This document shows positions 38,966 to 47,756 of a stretch of 64,000 bases of DNA, one piece after another. Numbering within the stretch: position 1 is the stretch's first letter; each line of letters begins with the position of its first letter. The notes beneath the pieces were generated by a model. That model saw only the letters and a list, made by a program, of their open reading frames with translations, searched no databases and was not told where the DNA came from. The position numbers were made by a program, and so were the translations under genes. Source of the DNA: a virus (lineage: Duplodnaviria > Caudoviricetes); the IMG/VR virus record IMGVR_UViG_3300026260_000475, positions 1 to 64,000 of that record, one strand, 5' to 3'.

Positions 38966-39461
38966 TTACAAAACATATGATTCAGAAACATTACCTGAAG
39001 TTAAGGTATTTCAACCAGAGCCTTGGTTTGATTATAGAGGTGAGATGTGGACATTTAGTGAAGATTCGATGGAAACTCCAATGGAAAAAATATCTAAGTT
39101 CACACGTTCAAGAAAAAATGTACTTAGAGGATTACATGGAGATAAAGTAACTTGGAAACATATTACTTGTGTTTGGGGAGAAATATATTTGGTTGTAGTT
39201 GATAATAGACCAGATTCAGTTAATTATTTGAAGTGGGATAGTTTTATTATTTCAGAAAGAAATCATTTAAGTGTTTTAGTACCACCTAATTTTCTGAATG
39301 GACATTTATGTTTAAGTGAAGAGTGTTTATTTCATTATACACAATCTTATCCAAAAGATTATATTGATTGGATGGATCAAGATGTTATGAAATGGAATGA
39401 TGAACGAGTTAATATAGATTGGCCGATAGATAATCCTATATTAAATTGGAGAGATAAATGA
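38955..39461 (+). CDS. rmlC: NDP-4-keto-6-deoxyhexose 3,5-epimerase (RmlC cupin)
   Basis: DYRG, SRKNVLRGLH, V.GEIY.VVVD.R, GH.CLS, WND....IDWP. Confidence 0.85.
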   Translation: MAFNYKTYDSETLPEVKVFQPEPWFDYRGEMWTFSEDSMETPMEKISKFTRSRKNVLRGLHGDKVTWKHITCVWGEIYLVVVDNRPDSVNYLKWDSFIISERNHLSVLVPPNFLNGHLCLSEECLFHYTQSYPKDYIDWMDQDVMKWNDERVNIDWPIDNPILNWRDK

Positions 39462-40348
39462 AACATATAGTTACGAGTGGATGTAGTTTTACTGATGCAT
39501 CTAATTGTTGTGATTATACAACACATAAGATGATTTCTGAAGATTATGATGAAGATAAATATAAAAGTTGGGCGTTACACTTGGAAGATATTATTCCAGA
39601 TTCAAAAGTTTATAATAGAGCCCTACCAGGAGCAGGAAATGCTTTTATAGTTAGGTCAATTATATGGCAAGTTAATGAATTATTAAAACAGAATATAAAA
39701 CCATATGTTGTTATGCAGTTAACCTCTCCTGATAGGAAAGAATTTTTACTTGATTGTGATGATGTAAAAAGTGAAACGGATAATAATTTATTAGTACATT
39801 ATATTCCAGATATAATGCCATTACATTTCGACCCACACAATGCTAAAGAACTTAATGATAATAAAATGTGGTTAAAACATACATATGAAGAAAATTCTAT
39901 AATGAGATATCATTATAAGTATTATAATAATAAACTCAGTGCGTTAGTTGAGACATTTGAGAGTGTGTTAAGGTTACAATGGTTTTTAAAATTAAATGAT
40001 ATTGATTATAAAATATTTCCAGGTTGGGCAGTTTTACAACAATGGATTTCAACACGTGGAGAGTATCCTTTAGATTTTGAGTTTGAGAACATTGCTGAAA
40101 CAAAATATTTGTGGAATATGATAGATTTTGATAATGTGTGGTTTTATGAATTCAAGTATAGTCAAGTAAGAAGATTTGGTGGTAGTTTTGGTGGGATAAC
40201 AGAATGGTCAGAGGATAATTTACCATTTAATGAAAGATTTATTACAGGAGATAGAATTACAGAAGATGGTACTCCTTTAGACCAACATCCATCAAATACA
40301 ACACATAAAACATTTGCAAAAGAGGTAGTTTCGAAATGGATAAAATAG
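39458..40348 (+). CDS. SGNH/GDSL-like hydrolase or acyltransferase
   Basis: SGCSFT, NRALPGAGN, DQHPS...H; close paralog of 44408. Confidence 0.7.
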   Translation: MKHIVTSGCSFTDASNCCDYTTHKMISEDYDEDKYKSWALHLEDIIPDSKVYNRALPGAGNAFIVRSIIWQVNELLKQNIKPYVVMQLTSPDRKEFLLDCDDVKSETDNNLLVHYIPDIMPLHFDPHNAKELNDNKMWLKHTYEENSIMRYHYKYYNNKLSALVETFESVLRLQWFLKLNDIDYKIFPGWAVLQQWISTRGEYPLDFEFENIAETKYLWNMIDFDNVWFYEFKYSQVRRFGGSFGGITEWSEDNLPFNERFITGDRITEDGTPLDQHPSNTTHKTFAKEVVSKWIK

Positions 40349-40929
40349 ATAAACAATACTTAATAGACTTTGAAACAGAAGTTAAAGAGAGATATGAGGC
40401 AGGTGAGATTAAAGCACCAGTTCATTTGAGTTCTAACAATGAAGAACAACTTATTAAGATATTTAAAATGATTGATAAAGATGATTGGGTATTTTGTAGT
40501 TGGAGAAATCATTATCACGCATTATTACATGGTATTCCAAGAGATACACTTATGGATATGGTTGTTCGTGGTAAGAGTATGAGTGTGTATTCAGATAAAC
40601 CGAAGTTCTATTCATCTTCTATAGTTGGTGGAATATTACCAATAGCACTTGGTGTGGCTTCATCAATTCATATGAAAGGTGAAAAAAATAAAGTGTGGTG
40701 TTTTGTAGGTGATATGACATTTGAAACGGGATTGTGTTATGAGACATACAAATATAGTAGAAATTTTGACTTACCTTTAGAATTTGTCATAGAGGATAAT
40801 AATTTATCAACAAATACACCTACAGATGAAGCTTGGGGAGCAAAACAAGCATTACCAAATGATGTATTTTTCTATGAATATAAAAGTGATTATCCACATC
40901 ATGGAACAGGAAATTGGGTGTTATTCTAA
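40336..40929 (+). CDS. TPP-dependent enzyme, E1 alpha-like subunit (short)
   Basis: PVHLS, WRNHYHAL, SIVGG..P.A.G, TPP motif GD...E.G...EDNN. Confidence 0.85.
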   Translation: MDKIDKQYLIDFETEVKERYEAGEIKAPVHLSSNNEEQLIKIFKMIDKDDWVFCSWRNHYHALLHGIPRDTLMDMVVRGKSMSVYSDKPKFYSSSIVGGILPIALGVASSIHMKGEKNKVWCFVGDMTFETGLCYETYKYSRNFDLPLEFVIEDNNLSTNTPTDEAWGAKQALPNDVFFYEYKSDYPHHGTGNWVLF

Positions 40930-41459
40930 TGAAGTATAAAGATGAATTAATAAGAAGTATGGAGTGGTTGAGTGAGAAAGAAGATACAATTTTTCTTGGA
41001 CAATCAGTAAAGTATAGTGGTAATGCAATTTATAATACATTAAAAACATTACCAGAAGAAAAAAGAATAGAAATGCCTGTAACAGAGGAATTACAAATGG
41101 GAATGAGTACAGGAATGGCTATGAATGGTTTAGTTCCAATAAGTTGTTTTCCAAGATTTGATTTTATAATGAGATGTATGGATTCATTAGTAAATCATTT
41201 AGATAAAATGCAACATATGACAGAGAGAACATTTAAACCAAAGGTTATAATGAGAACCTCAATAGGTTCAACGAACCCTCTTAATGGTGGAGTACAACAT
41301 ACCCAAGATTATACGATACCATTAAGAGGAATGTTACATGAAGTAGATGTAGTATTATTAGAAGAACCAGATGATATATTCAGAGAATTTGAAAACGCAT
41401 ATAATGCAGATAGGTCAACTTTATTAGTAGAACACGGAGATTATTATAATGATAAATAA
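40929..41459 (+). CDS. TPP-dependent enzyme, E1 beta/transketolase pyrimidine-binding domain only
   Basis: FLGQ.V, EMPVTE..QMG...G.A..G..P, G.QH; ends at LLVEH with no C-terminal domain. ATG 40929. Confidence 0.8.
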   Translation: MKYKDELIRSMEWLSEKEDTIFLGQSVKYSGNAIYNTLKTLPEEKRIEMPVTEELQMGMSTGMAMNGLVPISCFPRFDFIMRCMDSLVNHLDKMQHMTERTFKPKVIMRTSIGSTNPLNGGVQHTQDYTIPLRGMLHEVDVVLLEEPDDIFREFENAYNADRSTLLVEHGDYYNDK

Positions 41460-42333
41460 AAGTGCACTCGTTATAGGTGCGAATGGAATGGTAGGAACAG
41501 CTTTAATGAAAGTTCTTTCTAATTCTAAACTGTATAATCAGATTAGAGGTGTTGATATTGAAACTGATATGACGATTAAAGAGAATGCTAAAATTATTGC
41601 AAGTTATGACCACATATATCATGTTGCAGGAAAGAAAGGTTCACCACAAACAGCAAAAGAAAGACCTGCAGATTATCTACCGATGTTACAGTTTGACGCA
41701 AACATAATAGAAGCAGTAGGTAAGTACAAACCAGAGTGGTTTTTATATACGAGTTCAATAGGTGTTTATCCACCAGCCGAAGTTTATGAAGAAGATAAAG
41801 TTTGGCACAAAGTTCCAAGTGAGAATGATAGAGTTCCAGCTTATATAAAACGAATGGGTGAGTTGAGTTGTTATGCAGTTAGTGCTACGTATGGATATGA
41901 AAATATTTCTATAGTTAGACCTGCGAATATTTATGGGCCGAATGATAATTTTGGTGAAAATTCTATGGTTATACCTTCATTAATTAAGAAAGCACACGAA
42001 AATGAAAAATTGGAAGTGTGGGGAGATGGTTCACCAATTAGAGATTTTATTTATTCTGAAGATGTGGCTCGTGGTATGTTACATATGGTTCAAAATAAAA
42101 TTTACGATACAGTAAATCTTGGTAGTGGAGTAGGAGTTACAATAAAAGACACAGCAGAGACAATAGCTACTTATCTTGATAGAGATATTGTTTGGGATAT
42201 TAGTAAACCTATGGGTGATATGAAAAGAATAATGTCTACTAAGATACTTGAGAGTTATGGGTTTGAATTGAAATATGATTTAAAAACTGGGATTGAAAAG
42301 ACCATTGATTGGTATTTGAATGAAGGATTATAG
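41449..42333 (+). CDS. NAD-dependent epimerase/reductase (GDP-fucose synthase/WcaG-like)
   Basis: IGANGMVG, TSSIGVY, YIKR, RPANIYGP.DNF, VWGDGSPIRDFIY. Confidence 0.85.
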   Translation: MINKSALVIGANGMVGTALMKVLSNSKLYNQIRGVDIETDMTIKENAKIIASYDHIYHVAGKKGSPQTAKERPADYLPMLQFDANIIEAVGKYKPEWFLYTSSIGVYPPAEVYEEDKVWHKVPSENDRVPAYIKRMGELSCYAVSATYGYENISIVRPANIYGPNDNFGENSMVIPSLIKKAHENEKLEVWGDGSPIRDFIYSEDVARGMLHMVQNKIYDTVNLGSGVGVTIKDTAETIATYLDRDIVWDISKPMGDMKRIMSTKILESYGFELKYDLKTGIEKTIDWYLNEGL

Positions 42334-43684
42334 GTTAATCATCAAGTCTAATACTTTTTGTCTTGTACCTTGGATACATCAGATGATTGATACTAACGGA
42401 GCACATAAACTTTGTTGTGTATCACAAGGTGCGATACTAAAAAAAGATGATGATAGTGATTACAATTCTACACAAGATGAATTAAAAGATTCGTGGAATT
42501 CTAATCATATGAAAACATTTAGAAAAAAAATGATAGACGGTGTTAAGTTAGATGAATGTAATTCTTGTTATAGTGATGAACGAGTTGGAAGAACATCTTT
42601 AAGACAAAATATTAATGAGGGTTGGTTAAAGACTTTAGGTGAAGAAGAAATAAAAAATAAAATCATATATTCCTTACAGAATAATTATGAGACCTTATCA
42701 TCTCCCGTGTATTTGGATTTACGATTAGGTAATCTTTGTAATTTAAAATGTAGGATGTGTCATCCATTTTCTTCAAATCAACTTGCAGAAGAACATTATA
42801 GTTTATTAAAAAACAATACAGATTATAACGAAATTTATGAGAAAAATGATATAGCATGGCCAAATGATACTTCTCTTTTAGAAGAAGATTATTATAATGA
42901 TAATATGAATTCGGAGTGGTATGAATCTAATTTATTATGGGATGAATTAATAGAAATGATACCATATTTAAAACGAGTTTATTTAACAGGGGGAGAACCT
43001 ACACTTATAAAAAATAATTATAAATTTATGGAAGCTATAATTGAAAAAGGATATAATAAAAAATTAGCATTAGCGTTTAACATTAATGGGATGAATGTGA
43101 ATGATAGATTTTTAAAATTAATTAGTCAATTTGCTGAGATTCAAATAAATGTTTCAATAGATGGGATTGGAAAGGTGAATGACTACATACGTGGAAATTC
43201 TGAGTGGAATGTTGTATATACTAATTTTATAAAATTAATGTCATTAGATAATGTAAAGGAAGATTGGCACCGAAGTCCAATAAAACTTTTTGTAAATTCT
43301 ACTATACAAGTTTATAATATATTAGATGTTAAAAATTTATTAGATTTTGTAACTAATTGTAGATTAAAATTTAAAAAATATATAGACCTTGATTTGATTA
43401 TCTTAAATCATCCTAAATTTTTAAATGTTGGAATTTTGAGTAAGAAGATAAGGACAAAATGTATAGATTTATTAGATGAATTTCTCATTGAGAGTTCTCA
43501 TTTGTATAAAGATGATTCTATAACTTTAAATTCAGTTAATGCTTTGAAAAATTTAATGTCCGAAGAACCAACAGATAGTCATTTATTAAAATATTTTATA
43601 AATTATACTGAGATTCTTGATAAAAATCGTAATCAAACTTTTAATGATACTCTACCAGAGTTATGTGAGATGATAAATGAATAA
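42320..43684 (+). CDS. N-terminal twitch-domain radical SAM protein
   Basis: FCLVPW.H...LCC...CNSC, then CNLKCRMC, TGGEP; tail LDKNRNQ.F...LPEL. Confidence 0.9.
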   Translation: MKDYRLIIKSNTFCLVPWIHQMIDTNGAHKLCCVSQGAILKKDDDSDYNSTQDELKDSWNSNHMKTFRKKMIDGVKLDECNSCYSDERVGRTSLRQNINEGWLKTLGEEEIKNKIIYSLQNNYETLSSPVYLDLRLGNLCNLKCRMCHPFSSNQLAEEHYSLLKNNTDYNEIYEKNDIAWPNDTSLLEEDYYNDNMNSEWYESNLLWDELIEMIPYLKRVYLTGGEPTLIKNNYKFMEAIIEKGYNKKLALAFNINGMNVNDRFLKLISQFAEIQINVSIDGIGKVNDYIRGNSEWNVVYTNFIKLMSLDNVKEDWHRSPIKLFVNSTIQVYNILDVKNLLDFVTNCRLKFKKYIDLDLIILNHPKFLNVGILSKKIRTKCIDLLDEFLIESSHLYKDDSITLNSVNALKNLMSEEPTDSHLLKYFINYTEILDKNRNQTFNDTLPELCEMINE

Positions 43685-44411
43685 TTTACCAAATAATTCA
43701 TATTGGGGATATGATAATTTTCATACTATGCCTTTAGATGGTATTAAACCAAATACAGAAGATGCAACTCGGTGGATTGAAAGTTGTCCTTTGTTTTATA
43801 GGGCGAATAAGTCATATGATACACTCTCTATAGATAGAACAAAAACTATAGAATATAATTTTAACGGTATAGGGTGTAGAGGTGATGGTATATCAGAATG
43901 GATGGGTAGAGATAAAACATTATTAACATTTGGATGTTCACATACAGAGGGAGTTGGATTAACTGAAGATAAAACTTGGTCATATATGTTAGCTCAAGAT
44001 ATAGAAGCCTCTTATATAAACTATGGAAGAGCGGCACAGTCTAATGATTATATATGTAGAGCAGTTTTATCTGTAACTGAAAGACTTAAACCTGATGTAG
44101 TCGCAATATTATTTACATATCCACATAGAAGAGAGGTATATCGTGAAGATGGACTTATGAATTATTATGTATTGGGAAGTAAGGATAAACCATTAACTTT
44201 ACATCAGAATGATTATAGTGATGAGATTAATAGATTTAAAAATTTTCATATTATAAAAAGTCATTTAAATAATTTAGGAATAAAATTTTTATATTCGGAT
44301 ATTGATTTTTATGAAGAAGAAATTTTAGATAAATCTGTGGATGGTATGCATTATGGTGAGATGACTAATAGAAGATTAGCTGATAAGTTGTATAGTGGAT
44401 ATCAAATATGA
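43677..44411 (+). CDS. SGNH/GDSL-like protein
   Basis: YNFN..GCR, FGCSHTEGVG, NYGR...SN, DGMHYG. Confidence 0.7.
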   Translation: MNNLPNNSYWGYDNFHTMPLDGIKPNTEDATRWIESCPLFYRANKSYDTLSIDRTKTIEYNFNGIGCRGDGISEWMGRDKTLLTFGCSHTEGVGLTEDKTWSYMLAQDIEASYINYGRAAQSNDYICRAVLSVTERLKPDVVAILFTYPHRREVYREDGLMNYYVLGSKDKPLTLHQNDYSDEINRFKNFHIIKSHLNNLGIKFLYSDIDFYEEEILDKSVDGMHYGEMTNRRLADKLYSGYQI

Positions 44412-45265
44412 AACATTTAGTTACAGGTGGATGTAGTTTTACACAAACATTACATTGTGTAGACCATTTGAAGGAATTTATACCATTTGATGTAAATTCA
44501 TATGAAACTTATAAAAGTTGGGCACATCATCTTACTGATTTTGATAGCGATATTAAATTATATAATCAAGCCTCACCTGGAGTTGGAAATTCGTACATAA
44601 GTCGTTCAGTAATTTATAAAGTACAGGAATTATTAGATGATAGTATAAGACCACAAGTTATTATTCAAGTTTCTAATCCAAACCGTGATGAACTTTTACT
44701 TAATTATAATGATTTAAATGAAAATGATAAGTTATCAAGTTTACATTATTTAGATAGATTAAAAAATGATAATAAAGTTTGGGTGAAGTATTCTTGGCAT
44801 GATGATTCTATCCAGAAATATTTTTTAACTAATTATCTTAATGAAATTTATGGATTGGTTAATACATTTGAACAAGTATTAAAGTTACAATGGTATTTAG
44901 AACTTAATAAGTTAGATTATACGTTTTTCTTTGGTTGGGACTTACCAAATATTAATTTAAAACATACAAAGCCAGTTGGCCAGTTTAATTTTGGGGATTT
45001 TTTGAAAGAATATATTGTAGAGGCATATCATTTGTGGGAAATGATAGATTGGTCTAAGTGGTGGTTATATAGTTATGATAACGAAAAAGGTAAATCAAAT
45101 TATGGTGGTCTAACAGAGTGGTCATTGGATAATATGGTATTTGAAGATAGATTTATAACTGGTGATTTAAGAAGTAGAGTAAATAATTTACCTTTAGACC
45201 AAAATCCGTCAGATAAAGCACACAAGATGTTTGCGAAGAAAGTAGTAAGCAAATGGATAAAATAG
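44408..45265 (+). CDS. SGNH/GDSL-like protein (expected catalytic His replaced by Asn)
   Basis: GGCSFT, NQASPGVGN; DQNPS where the paralog at 39458 has DQHPS. Confidence 0.7.
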   Translation: MKHLVTGGCSFTQTLHCVDHLKEFIPFDVNSYETYKSWAHHLTDFDSDIKLYNQASPGVGNSYISRSVIYKVQELLDDSIRPQVIIQVSNPNRDELLLNYNDLNENDKLSSLHYLDRLKNDNKVWVKYSWHDDSIQKYFLTNYLNEIYGLVNTFEQVLKLQWYLELNKLDYTFFFGWDLPNINLKHTKPVGQFNFGDFLKEYIVEAYHLWEMIDWSKWWLYSYDNEKGKSNYGGLTEWSLDNMVFEDRFITGDLRSRVNNLPLDQNPSDKAHKMFAKKVVSKWIK

Positions 45266-46605
45266 TTTTTGGATATGATTTATATTCACCTGAAGGTGAA
45301 ATACCAAATGGTTTTAATATTAAACATTTTGGGGAGTTACAAGATGAAAGTTGGTATTTAGACAGAGGTATTAAAAAAGTTAAAACTAATTTACAAGAGA
45401 ATAGTTTGGTTTCTAATACTAATTTTTATAATTCATATGTAGAAAAAAAATCAGTATATGATATAGTTCGAGATAGACAGGGAGATAAAGAATATGATTG
45501 GTATTATTTAATTGAACCATATGCAACTTTTAGAACTACGTTTTTAGATAAAATATCAAAACAAGCTTTAACTGAGATTAGAAATTATAAAGGTAAACTT
45601 TTAATTAGTTTTATTCAAGATGGTGGATTTGGAGTAGACCAAGATTCTTTTGAAGTTTTATTACAATTTATTCGAACTAATAATATTAGTGAAGATAAAG
45701 TTTATTTGATATTTCAAGATTTTAAATTAGAAGAAAACCTTACAGATACTTTTGACACGAAGTATAATTTTTATAATTTTAATTTAGCACAATTACATAA
45801 ATCTCAGGAATTTAATACTATATTACATAATCCAGGTTTTAATGGATGGAGTGGTAAAATTGATCAAGTTGGTAGATTATATGGTGAAGATTCAATACAG
45901 ACACATAATGTTTTTCTTGAAAATATAACTGAACCTAAAAAAGATTTTTTATTTTTTACAAGACATTGGAAACTTGAGCGTTTACTTATGATATCACATA
46001 TTCATAAACTGGGATTAGATAAGTCAAAGGTGTCGTGGACGAATAAACCAATGGAAACTGGTCCTTCTGTGAGTAAAAAATTAATTGATGAGTTCTTATC
46101 ATATGATAATAATGAAGAAGTGGTAGATTTGTTAATGAATACCTCATCTGTATTAGATATTCAAGATATTACTGGTATTGAAGGGTATGGTTATGAATCA
46201 AAAGAATTATATACACAAACATATATTAGTGTTGTAGGTGAAACTTTGTTTTTTCAAGATGATAATTTTCCAAGTGGGTATTTATCTGAAAAAATATGGA
46301 AACCAATTGGACATTCACATCCATTTGTATTATTAGCACCAGCTTTTAGTTTGAAATATATAAAAGAGGAATTTGGTTATCTTACTTTTGGTGATTATAT
46401 AGATGAATCATATGATGAAGAGGTAGATGATTGGAAAAGATTCGAAAAAGTAAAACAAGTAATGACAGAATTTTCAGAAAGGTCTGTAAAAGATAAGGTA
46501 AACTTTTTAAAGCAAGTTAGTTCTATTTTAAAACATAATCAAGATTTGTTTTTTTCTATGAACTCTAAACAATATATAGACAAGGTACTTAATTTTTTAA
46601 GATGA
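45253..46605 (+). CDS. 'ET..EK..KP..HPF' family protein
   Basis: SVVGET...LSEKIWKPI..SHPF...GYLTF..YIDESYD. Confidence 0.55.
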   Translation: MDKIVFGYDLYSPEGEIPNGFNIKHFGELQDESWYLDRGIKKVKTNLQENSLVSNTNFYNSYVEKKSVYDIVRDRQGDKEYDWYYLIEPYATFRTTFLDKISKQALTEIRNYKGKLLISFIQDGGFGVDQDSFEVLLQFIRTNNISEDKVYLIFQDFKLEENLTDTFDTKYNFYNFNLAQLHKSQEFNTILHNPGFNGWSGKIDQVGRLYGEDSIQTHNVFLENITEPKKDFLFFTRHWKLERLLMISHIHKLGLDKSKVSWTNKPMETGPSVSKKLIDEFLSYDNNEEVVDLLMNTSSVLDIQDITGIEGYGYESKELYTQTYISVVGETLFFQDDNFPSGYLSEKIWKPIGHSHPFVLLAPAFSLKYIKEEFGYLTFGDYIDESYDEEVDDWKRFEKVKQVMTEFSERSVKDKVNFLKQVSSILKHNQDLFFSMNSKQYIDKVLNFLR

Positions 46606-47756
46606 GTAGAAAGTATTGTAGTATAGGTATGGGAGATTGGGTTGAGGTAGGTAATACTGGAGCACCTGATGGTACACCAATTGTTAATGGTGATGTATAT
46701 CCTTGTTGTCCAGGTTGGTTGTTGGATAAAGATGGAAGTGATGGATATGTGTTTGGTAATCTATTTAAAGAATCTTGGGAAGATGTTTGGAATGGAAAAA
46801 GGGCTAAAAGATTTAGAGAATCTATTTTAAGTGGTGATTTTACTTATTGTAATGATGCGGTATGTCCACATCTCCAGAATGTTCATAGTAATCCAAATGT
46901 AGGTTCTGACGATTCCGCACCAGCTGTTAGGAAAATTGAAGATATAGAGTTGTTATATAAAGAACGGGGAGAACATCATAGAAATATTATTGAAAATAAT
47001 TTAGTTACTATGAAACATGCACCTATGGTAGTAAAATTAGATTATGATAAAAGTTGTAATTTGTCTTGTCCATCTTGTAGGGTTGATTTACAAACAGCAA
47101 ATAGAGAAGAACTTGTTTTAGCACAAAAAATACAAAATTATTTAATTGAAAGTGTTATAAAAAGAGGAGCTAAGAAATTATATGTTACTGGAACGGGAGA
47201 CCCTTTCGGTAGTAAAACTCTTAGAAGTTTTTTATTAGATTTTAAAAAAGAAAATTTTCCAAGTGTAGAGGGAATTAGGTTACATACTAATGGTATATTA
47301 TGGACTAAGGAATTGTGGTCTAAAATGGAAGGACTTCATGGTGTTGTCAATGATGCTGAAGTTTCTATTGATGCAGGTACAAAAGAAACATATGAAAAGA
47401 TAAGAAGAGGTGGAGATTGGGATATTTTAATGGAAAATTTATTATTTATACCGACGCAAGTTAATTGGTTTGGTCTTAGTATGGTTGTTCAAAAAACAAA
47501 TTATCAGGAAATACCACATTTAATAAAATTAAGACAAAAATTAATTGATAGTACAGGAAATAAAAATATATATCTGTATTTTTCTAAAATAACTGATTGG
47601 AAAACATATAGTAAAGAAACATATGAAGAATTAGCTGTATGGAAATCAAATCATACGGAACATAAAAAGTTTTTAAAAATTTTAAATGAAAATATTAACA
47701 AAAACGATTGGCAGGATAGATTTATTGGTACAAATATGACGGAGTTACTCACATGA
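46602..47756 (+). CDS. Radical SAM protein with N-terminal SPASM/twitch-like domain
   Basis: YC...GDVYPCC...GNL...W...C...CP, then CNLSCPSC, GTGDPF, HTNG. Confidence 0.88.
   Translation: MSRKYCSIGMGDWVEVGNTGAPDGTPIVNGDVYPCCPGWLLDKDGSDGYVFGNLFKESWEDVWNGKRAKRFRESILSGDFTYCNDAVCPHLQNVHSNPNVGSDDSAPAVRKIEDIELLYKERGEHHRNIIENNLVTMKHAPMVVKLDYDKSCNLSCPSCRVDLQTANREELVLAQKIQNYLIESVIKRGAKKLYVTGTGDPFGSKTLRSFLLDFKKENFPSVEGIRLHTNGILWTKELWSKMEGLHGVVNDAEVSIDAGTKETYEKIRRGGDWDILMENLLFIPTQVNWFGLSMVVQKTNYQEIPHLIKLRQKLIDSTGNKNIYLYFSKITDWKTYSKETYEELAVWKSNHTEHKKFLKILNENINKNDWQDRFIGTNMTELLT

Noticed and set aside
40336-41459. Pyruvate dehydrogenase as an energy-metabolism auxiliary gene
   Set aside because: Both subunits are truncated, there is no E2/E3, and they sit inside a nucleotide-sugar operon.
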